This document shows positions 47,290 through 55,993 of a DNA stretch of 63,018 nt, in pieces. The stretch lies in UHGV virus genome UHGV-0170870; one strand, given 5' to 3'. Position 1 is the stretch's first letter. Every line of letters begins with the position of its first letter. The translations under genes and the position numbers were made by a program. The notes below the pieces were generated by a model. It saw only the letters and a program-made list of their open reading frames with translations, searched no databases and was not told the origin of the DNA. This DNA comes from a virus.

Positions 47290-47795
47290 CCTTGTTTTCT
47301 ACCCCTTTCAACCCGATGAACTGGTACTTCCTGTCGGAAGACGGTCGCATCTACAGCACCGCTACGATGTCACTCGTCGCGGCGAGCGACGCCGCCTTCC
47401 AGGCGTGGCAGTCGATGGGGCTGGTGCCGTCGCCCTGGCCGGGTAACGGCGCGGCCAACCAGACGGAGGACACGATCCGCGCGCAGCTCGTCCCGTACGG
47501 CTGGCCCTGCGGCGACATCTCGCTCCGTCAGTTCTTCCAACAGCTCGCCATCGCGGGGATCATCACGCAGGACGAAGCGCTCGCGGTCTATGACAACCGG
47601 CGCACGCTGCCCGCGAAGATCGAGACGGTGGTTGCGGCGATGTCGGCGAACGACGCGTTCGATGCCCGCATGCACCTGCTCGGCGGACAGACCGTGGAGC
47701 GCAATCATCCGATGGTGAAGATTTTCTGCACGTCACAGAACATGACGCCGCTGGATATCGACGCGTTCTTCCGGGCCGCAGGGGCGCTGCACTAA
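47286..47795 (+). CDS. putative tail fiber assembly protein
   Basis: Start at ATG 47286 overlapping fiber stop; position-based; ORF track starts at 47079. Confidence 0.35.
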   Translation: MTLFSTPFNPMNWYFLSEDGRIYSTATMSLVAASDAAFQAWQSMGLVPSPWPGNGAANQTEDTIRAQLVPYGWPCGDISLRQFFQQLAIAGIITQDEALAVYDNRRTLPAKIETVVAAMSANDAFDARMHLLGGQTVERNHPMVKIFCTSQNMTPLDIDAFFRAAGALH

Positions 47796-47826
47796 CAGCC
47801 TCTCAGCTCTATCAGTCGCAGAAACG

Positions 47827-47861
47827 GCCGTCCCTCGGGGCGGCCGTTCTGCATTCAAGGA
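47827..47861 (+). other. GC-rich hairpin after tail-fiber assembly gene (no U-tract)
   Basis: GCAGAAACGGCCG-TCCCTCGGGG-CGGCCGTTCTGC; same loop as the 30632 and 35791 hairpins. Confidence 0.4.
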
Positions 47862-47867
47862 TCACCC

Positions 47868-48092
47868 ATGTTCAAGCAAATAGAAGCTCGGCTCGTCGCC
47901 GACTGGCGATGGGTGGTGAAGCGCTCTTGGTCTGTGCGCTTCCTCGGCCTGTCGTGTCTGTTCGAAGGCGCGAACGCAGTGCTGCCGAGATACGAGACCT
48001 TCTTCAACTACAACCTTTTCTCGGTGCTCACGCTCGTCTGCACGGTGGGCGCACTCGCATCGAGATTCATCGCCCAAGAAAAGGAAGACTGA
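47868..48092 (+). CDS. putative holin
   Basis: 74-aa protein with hydrophobic helices directly upstream of lysozyme. Confidence 0.4.
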   Translation: MFKQIEARLVADWRWVVKRSWSVRFLGLSCLFEGANAVLPRYETFFNYNLFSVLTLVCTVGALASRFIAQEKED

Positions 48093-48093
48093 C

Positions 48094-48618
48094 ATGGCAC
48101 CCACAAAGCGCCAACTCGTCGGGGGCATGTCGGTCGCCGCACTGATCGCCGCCGCTATCCCCATCGCCATCCCGAGCGTGCAGAAGCACGAAGGCGTCTG
48201 GTACACCGCGAAGATCGACCAGATCGGAACGGGCAAGCCGGTCACCTGGTGCTACGGCGAGACTGAAGGCCCCGTGAAAGTGGGGCAGCGTTTCACTCCG
48301 CGAGAGTGTACGCAGATGCTCTCGAAGAAGCTCGTCCGCTATGCCAATAGCGCCGTGTCGTGCATCTACGTGCCGATCTCGGCCAAGATGCTCGCCTCGT
48401 TCATCGACTTCAACTACAACGTCGGCGAATATCGGTTCTGCCATTCGAGCACCGTCGAGCTTCTGAACAAGCGCGAGTACGAGGCTGCCTGCGAAGGCAT
48501 GCGTAAGTACACCCTCTCTGGGGGCCGCTTCCGTCAAGGCCTGCTCAACCGGCGCATCGACGAGATCGCGCTGTGCAGTGACGGCATTCCCGCAGCGAAG
48601 GCCGGGAGGATCGAATGA
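48094..48618 (+). CDS. lysozyme-like endolysin with N-terminal signal-anchor (SAR-type)
   Basis: Hydrophobic N-terminus VAALIAAAIPIAIP followed by E-x8-D catalytic-type spacing (HEGVWYTAKID). Confidence 0.55.
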   Translation: MAPTKRQLVGGMSVAALIAAAIPIAIPSVQKHEGVWYTAKIDQIGTGKPVTWCYGETEGPVKVGQRFTPRECTQMLSKKLVRYANSAVSCIYVPISAKMLASFIDFNYNVGEYRFCHSSTVELLNKREYEAACEGMRKYTLSGGRFRQGLLNRRIDEIALCSDGIPAAKAGRIE

Positions 48619-49121
48619 TCCCGGCCTGGCTGACCTGGCAAGCCATCAGCCTGATCGGCGGTAAGCTCTGGAAGGGCTTCTGCGACTTCATCTCCACGCC
48701 AGTAGGCGCGGCGCTCGTCGCCGGGTTCTGCCTGTTCTGGATCGGCGTCTGGCATGAACACGGCAATCTCGTCGAGGCCGTGAAGGCGAAGGACGCCGCG
48801 TGGCAAAGGAAGTGGGACGACGCCGAGAAGCAAGCTGAGCTGGATCGCCAGAAGCGCGACGCGCTCATCCAAGCTGACATGCAGGCGAAAGCCGACAAGA
48901 GCTTGTCCGAGGTCAGCTCCCGCAAAGATCAACTCGAACAGATGGTCAAGGACTATGAGGACCAACAGCTTCTACAGGCCGCGACGGGCAAGCCTGCCTG
49001 TCCTCCTGAGTACACTGACGACTCTGACGCTCGGTGGCTGCGTGACATCGAGCGACACAAGGACGCTAAGTCCAAAGCAGGCAGTCGACCTGCCCTCCGA
49101 ATGCGAACGATTGATCGTTGA
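48615..49121 (+). CDS. i-spanin (Rz-like)
   Basis: N-terminal TM helix then charged coiled-coil-like periplasmic domain. Confidence 0.45.
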   Translation: MIPAWLTWQAISLIGGKLWKGFCDFISTPVGAALVAGFCLFWIGVWHEHGNLVEAVKAKDAAWQRKWDDAEKQAELDRQKRDALIQADMQAKADKSLSEVSSRKDQLEQMVKDYEDQQLLQAATGKPACPPEYTDDSDARWLRDIERHKDAKSKAGSRPALRMRTIDR

Positions 49122-49278
49122 CGTTCCGATCCCTGGTGTCGTCGACGCACACGGCAAGCCGATCATGAGGCGCGTCGTTCTGAGGCGAACTCAAGCCGCG
49201 ATGGTCGAGCAGCACGAATACAACGCTGCGGCCCGTGAGTGCTTCGCCGATCAGCGTAACGCCTATCAGTCGAAGTGA
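48955..49278 (+). CDS. o-spanin (Rz1-like lipoprotein) in +1 frame overlapping i-spanin
   Basis: Signal peptide with lipobox LTLGGC; embedded in the 3' end of the Rz-like gene in another frame. Confidence 0.45.
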   Translation: MRTNSFYRPRRASLPVLLSTLTTLTLGGCVTSSDTRTLSPKQAVDLPSECERLIVDVPIPGVVDAHGKPIMRRVVLRRTQAAMVEQHEYNAAARECFADQRNAYQSK

Positions 49279-49316
49279 TCCGGCGCAGACGGGATACCTG
49301 CCGGAGACCCCGAGGC

Positions 49317-49350
49317 GGCCCGCAGTCCTGACCGGCTGCGGGCCTCTTTT
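49317..49350 (+). terminator. intrinsic terminator after spanin genes
   Basis: GGCCCGCAG...CTGCGGGCC stem followed by TCTTTT. Confidence 0.5.
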
Positions 49351-49361
49351 CGTGTGGACTG

Positions 49362-49412
49362 CCATTTAATTGACGGAACCGATAGGTCTGTGAGATAGCA
49401 GACCTTACAGTC
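49362..49412 (+). promoter_or_regulatory. promoter-like element, class 1
   Basis: ATTTAATTGACG-N17-AGATAG followed by GCAGACCTTACAG; upstream of phosphoesterase gene. Confidence 0.5.
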
Positions 49413-49436
49413 CCGAACCCATGAGGACCACCCCCT

Positions 49437-50762
49437 TTGACCGTTAACCTGAAACGGCGGAACGAGATTTTCGCCAAGTACGTCGAGCTGAAGGACTTGC
49501 AGGCAACAGCCGACGCGATGGGTCTGACGCGCGATCACGTCCGCAAGATGCTCAAGGCCGCAGGCGTCGTCACCAAGGCCGTGTCAGCCGCCGAGGCTGT
49601 CCCTGTCGACTCCTTGCTGCCGCTCACGCCCCCGCCTGCGCCCGAGCCCGTCCGGCTCGACCTGGCGGAGAAGCACCGTTTCGAGCAGAACGAGAAGGCC
49701 CTGAAGCGCCAGCTCAAAGACCTGACTGCCCGTCTGGTCGCCGCTGAGGATCACCGCGCCTCGATCCTCGGCTTATCGTTCGAGCCGGTCGAGCCGATAT
49801 GCAAGCCCTGGGTCTTCCAGCAAGGCGAGCGTGGCCGACAGGCTGCCATCCTGCATCTGTCCGACACCCATGACGGCGAGGTCGTGAACCTCGAAGAGAT
49901 GATGGGCGTCAACATGTTCGACCGTGACATCGCGCGGAAGCGCTTCGGCCGGTTGTTCGAGACGGCCTCGATCCTGACGACCTCATCCTGGCCGCGCTCA
50001 GACGGAGCGCCTTTCAGAATCTATCTGTTGCTCGGCGGCGATCTCATCAGCGGCCACGGTCTGCATCCCGAGCTGGCGGAGACCGACTACGGCACCGCGT
50101 ACGAACAGTGCAAAGCGGCCTCGCAGAACATCGCGAGCGGCGCGCTCCGTTGGTCGCTCGAACTGAAAGAGCATTGGGGCCACGATGTCGAGATCATCGT
50201 CATCGGCGTGCCCGGCAATCACGGCCGCTCGACGCCTGGCAAGCCGCGCGCAAAGCTCGCAGCCCTTCAGTCGTATGACACGCTCGTCTTCGACTTCGTC
50301 GAGATGTCGCTGAAGAACTATCCGAACTTCAAGTTCTATTCGACCAGGGCGTTCGACGCGTACTTCGACATCGTCGGGTGGCCGACGCTGCTCACGCACG
50401 GCGACCGCATGAGCGCAGGCGGGGGCACCGGCTTCATCGGCCCCGCAGCGAACATCGTGAAGGGCCACAAGAAGGTGATGCTGACCGAGGCGCAACAGCG
50501 CAGGCCGGTCAAGTTCATCTTCAGCGGACACTTCCACACGCGGCTCGTTACGCCGTGGGGCTTTGCGAACGGATCGCTGATCGGCTTCAGCGAGTTCGCC
50601 AAGAGCATTCGCGCCGACGCGGAGCCCGCGTCTCAGAACTTCGTCGTTCTGCATGAGCGCCTCGGGCTGCTCCGTGAACAGCCCATCATCGTGGGTCGGC
50701 CCGAAGAGGGCTCGATCTACTCACCCACAGGCGGCCTGATCCTTCCGTCGCCTGATCTCTGA
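49437..50762 (+). CDS. calcineurin-like metallophosphoesterase with N-terminal HTH-like/coiled-coil region
   Basis: MPP motifs LHLSDTHDGE, GGDLISG, GNHGRS, SGHFH; TTG start with GAGGA RBS. Confidence 0.65.
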   Translation: MTVNLKRRNEIFAKYVELKDLQATADAMGLTRDHVRKMLKAAGVVTKAVSAAEAVPVDSLLPLTPPPAPEPVRLDLAEKHRFEQNEKALKRQLKDLTARLVAAEDHRASILGLSFEPVEPICKPWVFQQGERGRQAAILHLSDTHDGEVVNLEEMMGVNMFDRDIARKRFGRLFETASILTTSSWPRSDGAPFRIYLLLGGDLISGHGLHPELAETDYGTAYEQCKAASQNIASGALRWSLELKEHWGHDVEIIVIGVPGNHGRSTPGKPRAKLAALQSYDTLVFDFVEMSLKNYPNFKFYSTRAFDAYFDIVGWPTLLTHGDRMSAGGGTGFIGPAANIVKGHKKVMLTEAQQRRPVKFIFSGHFHTRLVTPWGFANGSLIGFSEFAKSIRADAEPASQNFVVLHERLGLLREQPIIVGRPEEGSIYSPTGGLILPSPDL

Positions 50763-50775
50763 CCCAGGAGACGTT

Positions 50776-51291
50776 ATGCGCAAGCTGATCGGCGCGGCGC
50801 TTGCCGCGCTGTGCCTCTTCGCGACTTCCGCCGAAGCGCGACCCCATCACAGGAGCCATCATGCTCGACATCATACCGTTGCTCGCCACGACGTACGTGT
50901 CGCCCGTTCAACCGATTCCATTTTCAGTCTATTTGGTCACGGCGGCAGTTCGCTCGTTGCTGAAGCTCGCAGCCAGGTAGGCAACGGCGCGATCTACGGC
51001 CGGGCCAATCTCTGGTGCGCTCGCTTCGTCAACTACGTGCTGAGGGCCACCGGCCACACCGGCACGAACTCCGACCTGGCGTTCTCGTTCGCACGCTACG
51101 GCCGCCGCGTATCTGGGCCGCAACCCGGCGCAATCGCCGTGATGGCCCGTAGGGGTGGCGGCCACGTTGGGATCGTCTCGGGCGTAGACCAGGCAGGCAA
51201 CCCGATCCTCGTCTCTGGGAACAACCAGGGCAGGGTCCGCGAGACGGTCTACCCGGCAAGACGCATCGCAATGTACGTGGTTCCAGACTGA
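50776..51291 (+). CDS. secreted CHAP/NlpC-P60-like peptidoglycan hydrolase
   Basis: Signal peptide, His-rich stretch, Cys (LWCARFV) and His (GGHVGIVSG) in CHAP-like arrangement. Confidence 0.5.
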   Translation: MRKLIGAALAALCLFATSAEARPHHRSHHARHHTVARHDVRVARSTDSIFSLFGHGGSSLVAEARSQVGNGAIYGRANLWCARFVNYVLRATGHTGTNSDLAFSFARYGRRVSGPQPGAIAVMARRGGGHVGIVSGVDQAGNPILVSGNNQGRVRETVYPARRIAMYVVPD

Positions 51292-51333
51292 CAGCCTCAA
51301 CGGCTCCCAGGCGGTAACCCAAAAGTCTATTAG

Positions 51334-51366
51334 GCCCTCCCGAGCAGTCGGGAGGGCCTTTTTCCG
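51334..51366 (+). terminator. intrinsic terminator after CHAP gene
   Basis: GGCCCTCCCGA-GCAG-TCGGGAGGGCC followed by TTTTTCC. Confidence 0.6.
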
Positions 51367-51532
51367 TATTTGTTCTACTCCCGCCTAGCTCGGAAACCGT
51401 GTTAGGTTTCGGTCGTGTTTGACACCTAACAGGCCTCCGTAGTATTACGGCCCCTGTGAGAACTTGCATTTCGAGAATAAACAAAGCGCCGCATTTAGGC
51501 GAAGAGACAGGAGACGTATTGTGCGTAGAGGT

Positions 51533-51946
51533 ATGACGGCCGCAGACAAAGAGCGGATAGCGCAGTTCGGCAAGAAGGTCGAACGGCTGATGTTGGGCAA
51601 GGGGTGGAGCGGCGCTGACCTGGCGCGCGAGATGGAGCGGCATGCCCCGAAGGGCGTGACCATCGGCAGGCATATTCCCACGGCCTATATCCGTGGTGAG
51701 AACGAGCCGACCCAACGCAACCTGATGCTGATCGCCAAGGCGCTCGGCGTGAAGCCTGAAGAGCTGATCGCCCCTGCGCCTGGTGAGGGCGGATCGGTCC
51801 CGCAGTTCGCGCAGGCTACCAGCACGCTCGACGGGAAGACGCGCATCGTTGTCGACGCCGAGGTCGACGCCGAGACGGGGTTGCAAATCCTTCAGCTCGT
51901 ACGCAAAGCGCAACAACAGTCGTCGACGAAGCGCTCTGCGTCGTGA
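51533..51946 (+). CDS. XRE-family HTH transcriptional regulator
   Basis: HTH GWSGADLAREMERH...QRNLMLIAKALGV; start at ATG 51533; ORF track starts at 51464. Confidence 0.55.
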   Translation: MTAADKERIAQFGKKVERLMLGKGWSGADLAREMERHAPKGVTIGRHIPTAYIRGENEPTQRNLMLIAKALGVKPEELIAPAPGEGGSVPQFAQATSTLDGKTRIVVDAEVDAETGLQILQLVRKAQQQSSTKRSAS

Positions 51947-52079
51947 AGGGTATTCTAATATTGATGGGGGTTGTGCTGCTCACGGCGTTCGTGGGGATGA
52001 ACGTTGTTGCGGCTGCGGGATGGCTTAGCGGGTGGTTGTTTGGATCGTAGCGCCCATTGATTGATGCACGACGGCAACA

Positions 52080-52110
52080 CGCGGCGGCTTTGAGCCGCCG
52101 TTTCTTTTTC
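52080..52110 (+). terminator. intrinsic terminator after XRE regulator gene
   Basis: CGGCGGC-TTTGA-GCCGCCG followed by TTTCTTTTTCC. Confidence 0.6.
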
Positions 52111-52228
52111 CTGTTAACTACCCGTAATTGTTCTGTGTTGCGAAACATCCGACAAGCTGATTTACATTTCGTCACTTTAGGAGGCGCGCAAATGCACCGA
52201 CCGGAGTTCCAAAAACAAGAATCCTAGT

Positions 52229-52627
52229 GTGGAAAACAGAGTGATGGCCGAAGTAGTTCTTTTCCCTCTCAACGCCAATGATCCCAACGTCGATCCTTCG
52301 CTGATCGACCCACCCTCTTTGCTCGCGGAATCTTCCAAAGCACGCGAGATCATCCTTGAATTAGAACATGAACTGAACGACGCGAAGTGCGTAATTGCGG
52401 ATCAGGCCATCGCACTCACCAAGAACAGCTCCCGACGAAGAGGCGCGAAGCTTCTTCTGGCAGCCATCGCCGCGTTCTTGATCGGGTGGGTTATCGACCC
52501 GCCCGCGCCGATCCACAGGCTGATATATGGCGACAAAGCCATAGCGACGGAACTAAGCTATCGGTTCCCGCACGCCTGCACCTTTACCTGCTCCATCCCT
52601 CCCAAGACCGACGCCCGAGACATCTAA
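52229..52627 (+). CDS. hypothetical membrane-anchored protein
   Basis: GTG start 1 nt after an 11-codon upstream ORF with strong RBS; lower-GC region. Confidence 0.35.
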   Translation: MENRVMAEVVLFPLNANDPNVDPSLIDPPSLLAESSKAREIILELEHELNDAKCVIADQAIALTKNSSRRRGAKLLLAAIAAFLIGWVIDPPAPIHRLIYGDKAIATELSYRFPHACTFTCSIPPKTDARDI

Positions 52628-52821
52628 AAGAACGCGCTGTCGTCGTAGCTGTGGGTAACCACGGCTTGATGCTCATCGCCTTCAGCGAATACGACCGTGT
52701 CGCCCGGCATGACCTCCGCGACGGCACGGTGATCCCAGAACCGATGGACGAAGTCCGGTCGGCCGAACGTCTTAACGGCGTTCAGATATCGGTCGTCCTT
52801 GAAGCGCACGAAGTGCAGCAT
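52624..52821 (-). CDS. hypothetical protein
   Basis: 65-aa ORF, last gene of a short leftward operon. Confidence 0.3.
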   Translation of the reverse strand: MLHFVRFKDDRYLNAVKTFGRPDFVHRFWDHRAVAEVMPGDTVVFAEGDEHQAVVTHSYDDSAFF

Positions 52822-53141
52822 CGGCTTCTTCCCTGCAAGATGACCCGCGTGCGTGCCCCAGGCTGATCCAGCCGCCGCAGTGCTGGCATCTGTCCCTAGA
52901 GCTGCCAGGGCAAGGCCAGCGAGGCTCGCTCGAAGGCGACAGGATGGCCTGCGTGATGTTCTCGACCATTTTCATCGTCCACCCCCGTAGCGCTCCAACC
53001 ATTCCTCGTAGGACATCTCGCGTATGTCCATGATCTGCCGCAGCGCCAGCTCGGCGAACGCCTCGTAGATGCGCTGCTTGGCTTCACGCCCGGCGCGCTC
53101 GTAGGCTTCCAGCTCTTCGAGCTTCCGGATCACGGGGTTGG

Positions 53142-53618
53142 TCACTTCCACTCCGGCCCCTCCGGCCTCGGCATATCCTCGATCTCGTATAGGGCCGCCA
53201 GCTCGCGCTCAGTGAAGCGGTGCTTGGCGCTCGGCCGCGCAACGTACGTCACGCTCTCTTCGACCCCTACGTGGTTCAGGTACTTCCACAGGAGCGTCTT
53301 GTAGTCGACGGCACCCAGGGCCGCCTCGATCTTCCCGGCGAGCGACAGGCAGGCGTTGGCCGACAGGTAGGGCATACCGCGCTCTTGCTTCCAACGCTCG
53401 ACGATCTCGACCGCAACGGCGCGCAGCGCGGGGTCTGAGCTACGTTCCGCCTCAGTCTTGCCGTCGCCGGGCCAACGGTATGCGGCGGCGTGCAGGACAC
53501 GCTTGCGCAAGGTCTCATCGGTCTCGCCGGGCCTGCGCGGCATCGTGCCGACGTGCAAGGCCCACTGGTCGAGGTCCAGCCCGGTAGCAATATTCGCATC
53601 TACTTTCGGTCGTTCCAT
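53142..53618 (-). CDS. hypothetical protein
   Basis: 158-aa ORF; first gene of short leftward operon next to att-like sequence. Confidence 0.45.
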   Translation of the reverse strand: MERPKVDANIATGLDLDQWALHVGTMPRRPGETDETLRKRVLHAAAYRWPGDGKTEAERSSDPALRAVAVEIVERWKQERGMPYLSANACLSLAGKIEAALGAVDYKTLLWKYLNHVGVEESVTYVARPSAKHRFTERELAALYEIEDMPRPEGPEWK

Positions 53619-53798
53619 CTGTCATTCCCCTCGACTCAGCTATATGCCGCTCAGCGGCCGGTAGACGCTCGTCACCTATCATACCTTACAGGCCGAGCAA
53701 AGCGTTTTCTTTGATTTCCGATCCTAAGCCATTGGTGGAATTGTGGTGGGGTCCTCGGGGTCTTTGAGACCAACCCCATTGAAAACATTGAATAAGCT

Positions 53799-53848
53799 TC
53801 GGACTCTTAATCAGCGGGTCCCAGGTTCGAGCCCTGGTGCGCCCACCA
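53799..53848 (+). other. tRNA 3'-portion-like sequence (anticodon-loop-like, T-arm, acceptor 3' strand, CCA); candidate phage attachment core
   Basis: Perfect T-arm CCAGG-TTCGAGC-CCTGG followed by TGCGCCC-A-CCA; no matching 5' acceptor strand or D-arm upstream, so not an intact tRNA gene; lies 40 bp from integrase stop. Confidence 0.45.
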
Positions 53849-53887
53849 ATCAAATCAATAGGTTGGCAGCCCTTCGCGAGATCAAAA

Positions 53888-55018
53888 CTAGAACCTGTCA
53901 GCGGGTCTTTGAACAGTCTTTGACGTAAACGAGCCCGGTTCGTTCCCCTCGACCTTACAAGCTCCTGACGCAAACATGCCAGCGAGCTTCGCCATCGCGC
54001 TCTCCGCCAGGCGCAGATCGCGCCCGAGGTAGTGCCGGTCCAGAATGTGCTCCACGTCCTTCAGGCTGTGGCCGGTGAACGTGGCGATCTCCGGCACTGT
54101 GCATTCGGCGAGCGCCAGGCGCACCACCGCTGAGCCGCGCAGATCGTGGAACGTCAAGTCCTCGTTGATCCCCACGTCGATCAGGGCGTCGCCCCAGGAC
54201 GACCGGAAGCCGTCCTCTGTCCACGGCTTGGCCCGAGAGTTGGTCAGCACCAGCGGCCCGACCCGCTTCATGGAGTCGAGGTAGGTCTTGAGCACGGGGC
54301 TGACAGGGATGGTGACCCGCTTGGCCTTGGCGACCTTGCCGTGGCGTATGGTCTTGCGCTGCGTGAGCCTGATGTAGGTTCCGTCGTAATCCGACCAGCG
54401 CAGGCGGATCAGATCGCCCTCCCGCTGGCCGGTCCAGATCGCGAGCATGAGCGCGTCGACGATCCGCTCCGGGGCTTTCTCGATCATGAGCCCGAGCTGC
54501 GCTTCGGACCATATCTTGTCGAGGCGATCCCCGCCCTCGTAGAGACGGCCGCCGCGCTCGCAGGGATTGACGCTGATGCGTCCGCGATCCTTGGCGACGG
54601 AGAAGATGCGGGCGAGCACGGTCCACGCATAGTCGGCCTTGCGAGGCTTGTCTGCGAACCCATCGCGCCAGGTCTTGAAGACGCCACGCGCGCCCTTCTG
54701 TTCGACGGCCGCAATCGGCATCGTGCCGAACTCTTGCTCGATGAGGGCGATGTAACGGAGGTAGTCTTTCTTCGTCTTGTCGCTGAGCACTCGGTACTCG
54801 GACGACGCTTTGAACTCGACGATGAGCGCGAAGACCGTGGCGTCTGACACGGTCTTCTTGCTCGCTATGTGCTCGTTGAACTCGGTGATGAATGCGGGCG
54901 TGCCGTACTTCGCCTTGATGCGGGGGCCGCCCTTCCACGCGTAGTAGTACCGACGCTTCTTGCCGCCGCCGATCTTGGCGTCGGACCAGAACAGGCCGAA
55001 CAGGTCTACGCGCATCAC
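53888..55018 (-). CDS. int: tyrosine-type site-specific integrase
   Basis: 376 aa; C-terminal catalytic region with HDLRGS and HYLGRD (Tyr); adjacent to tRNA-like att sequence. Confidence 0.85.
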   Translation of the reverse strand: MMRVDLFGLFWSDAKIGGGKKRRYYYAWKGGPRIKAKYGTPAFITEFNEHIASKKTVSDATVFALIVEFKASSEYRVLSDKTKKDYLRYIALIEQEFGTMPIAAVEQKGARGVFKTWRDGFADKPRKADYAWTVLARIFSVAKDRGRISVNPCERGGRLYEGGDRLDKIWSEAQLGLMIEKAPERIVDALMLAIWTGQREGDLIRLRWSDYDGTYIRLTQRKTIRHGKVAKAKRVTIPVSPVLKTYLDSMKRVGPLVLTNSRAKPWTEDGFRSSWGDALIDVGINEDLTFHDLRGSAVVRLALAECTVPEIATFTGHSLKDVEHILDRHYLGRDLRLAESAMAKLAGMFASGACKVEGNEPGSFTSKTVQRPADRF

Positions 55019-55024
55019 GCTCTC

Positions 55025-55285
55025 CTAGCTGACAGCCCTCCGCCTGGAAGCCTGCCAGTCTGCGAGGGGATCGCCCGAGACGGTCTTTTCGGTAGGCAGA
55101 CCGGAAGCCCGGTCCAGATACCAATCAATCGCCTTGCGGTCCCACCGCTGCGTGCCGGGGATCGCCCCCGGCACAATACCCCTCTTGACCCAGGTGTCGA
55201 AGGCGTCGGTGCTGCACCCGCAATAGGCTGCCGCGTGTTCCTTCGTCAGGCCGCGAGGGGCGATCTGGTCGGCGGGTAATATCAC
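55025..55285 (-). CDS. excisionase / AlpA-like HTH DNA-binding protein
   Basis: LTKEHAAAYCGCSTDAFDTWVKRGIVPGAIP...W HTH pattern; likely GTG start at 55285; ORF track extends to 55363. Confidence 0.5.
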   Translation of the reverse strand: MILPADQIAPRGLTKEHAAAYCGCSTDAFDTWVKRGIVPGAIPGTQRWDRKAIDWYLDRASGLPTEKTVSGDPLADWQASRRRAVS

Positions 55286-55290
55286 AGACC

Positions 55291-55596
55291 TTACAGTCTG
55301 TCCACAGGGATCGACGCCACGAACGACTTGGCCCGGCCGTAGAAGTATGCCCGTTGCTTGCACCGTTCGATATGCGAGTCCCGAGAGGGCGACGGCGGTT
55401 CGTTCAGCATATTGTCGACCGCCCTGCCTGCGATGTCCTCGGCGCTCGCCAGCGCGTCGTAGGCGTCGTCGAGAGCCTTCCGGCGCACCGCCACCAGGCG
55501 CAGGCGGCGCTTGGCGTGAAGGTCCCAGGCCACGATGCAGAGCAGGGCGGCCACGCTACCGTAGGTCAGGATGAGAGCCTGATCGTAGAAGTTCAT
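55291..55596 (-). CDS. hypothetical membrane protein
   Basis: Start at ATG 55596 with GGAAAGG RBS; TM helix ALILTYGSVAALLCIVAW; ORF track extends to 55866. Confidence 0.4.
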   Translation of the reverse strand: MNFYDQALILTYGSVAALLCIVAWDLHAKRRLRLVAVRRKALDDAYDALASAEDIAGRAVDNMLNEPPSPSRDSHIERCKQRAYFYGRAKSFVASIPVDRL

Positions 55597-55853
55597 GCCG
55601 CCAGCCTTTCCTGCTCGACCGTACCGGCCCCGCTGCGCGGATTGTTGTCGGGGGTGGGGTAGGCCTTCGCCAGGACGTTGACGCCTCGCACCCATGCGGC
55701 GTTGAGCTGCTTCATGGTCTCGGTGCTCGGGCACTTCACCAGCTCGACGATCAGGCCGCCGATCTCGTCGGCGATGTCCTTCAACATCTTGCGGATCAGG
55801 ATGTCGGGACAGGCCTTCGAGGCTTCCCGCAGTTCGAAGAGAAACGACTTCAT
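55593..55853 (-). CDS. hypothetical protein
   Basis: 86-aa ORF, ATGA overlaps with both neighbours. Confidence 0.4.
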   Translation of the reverse strand: MKSFLFELREASKACPDILIRKMLKDIADEIGGLIVELVKCPSTETMKQLNAAWVRGVNVLAKAYPTPDNNPRSGAGTVEQERLAA

Positions 55854-55993
55854 TGACCAAACCCAATAAGGTTAGCGACGACGATGAGAATCTTGACCGC
55901 GATCATCAGGCCGCATCCGAGGGAGACACCGCCTACGATGCCAATGGCGGTCCCCTTCAGGATCGCCACGGCGCATTGCTTGAAGCTCCGCAT
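55850..55993 (-). CDS. small hydrophobic membrane protein (47 aa)
   Basis: ATG 55993 overlaps upstream stop (TGATG); MRSFKQCAVAILKGTAIGIVGGVSLGCGLMIAVKILIVVANLIGFGQ. Confidence 0.3.
   Translation of the reverse strand: MRSFKQCAVAILKGTAIGIVGGVSLGCGLMIAVKILIVVANLIGFGQ

Noticed and set aside
53740-53850. Intact tRNA or tmRNA gene
   Set aside because: Only the 3' portion folds; no 5' acceptor strand or D-arm could be paired, and no tag-peptide reading frame ending in ALAA-like codons was seen
53955-55124. 389-aa alternative-frame ORF overlapping the integrase
   Set aside because: Extremely Arg-rich; the integrase frame carries the catalytic HDLRGS and HYLGRD motifs
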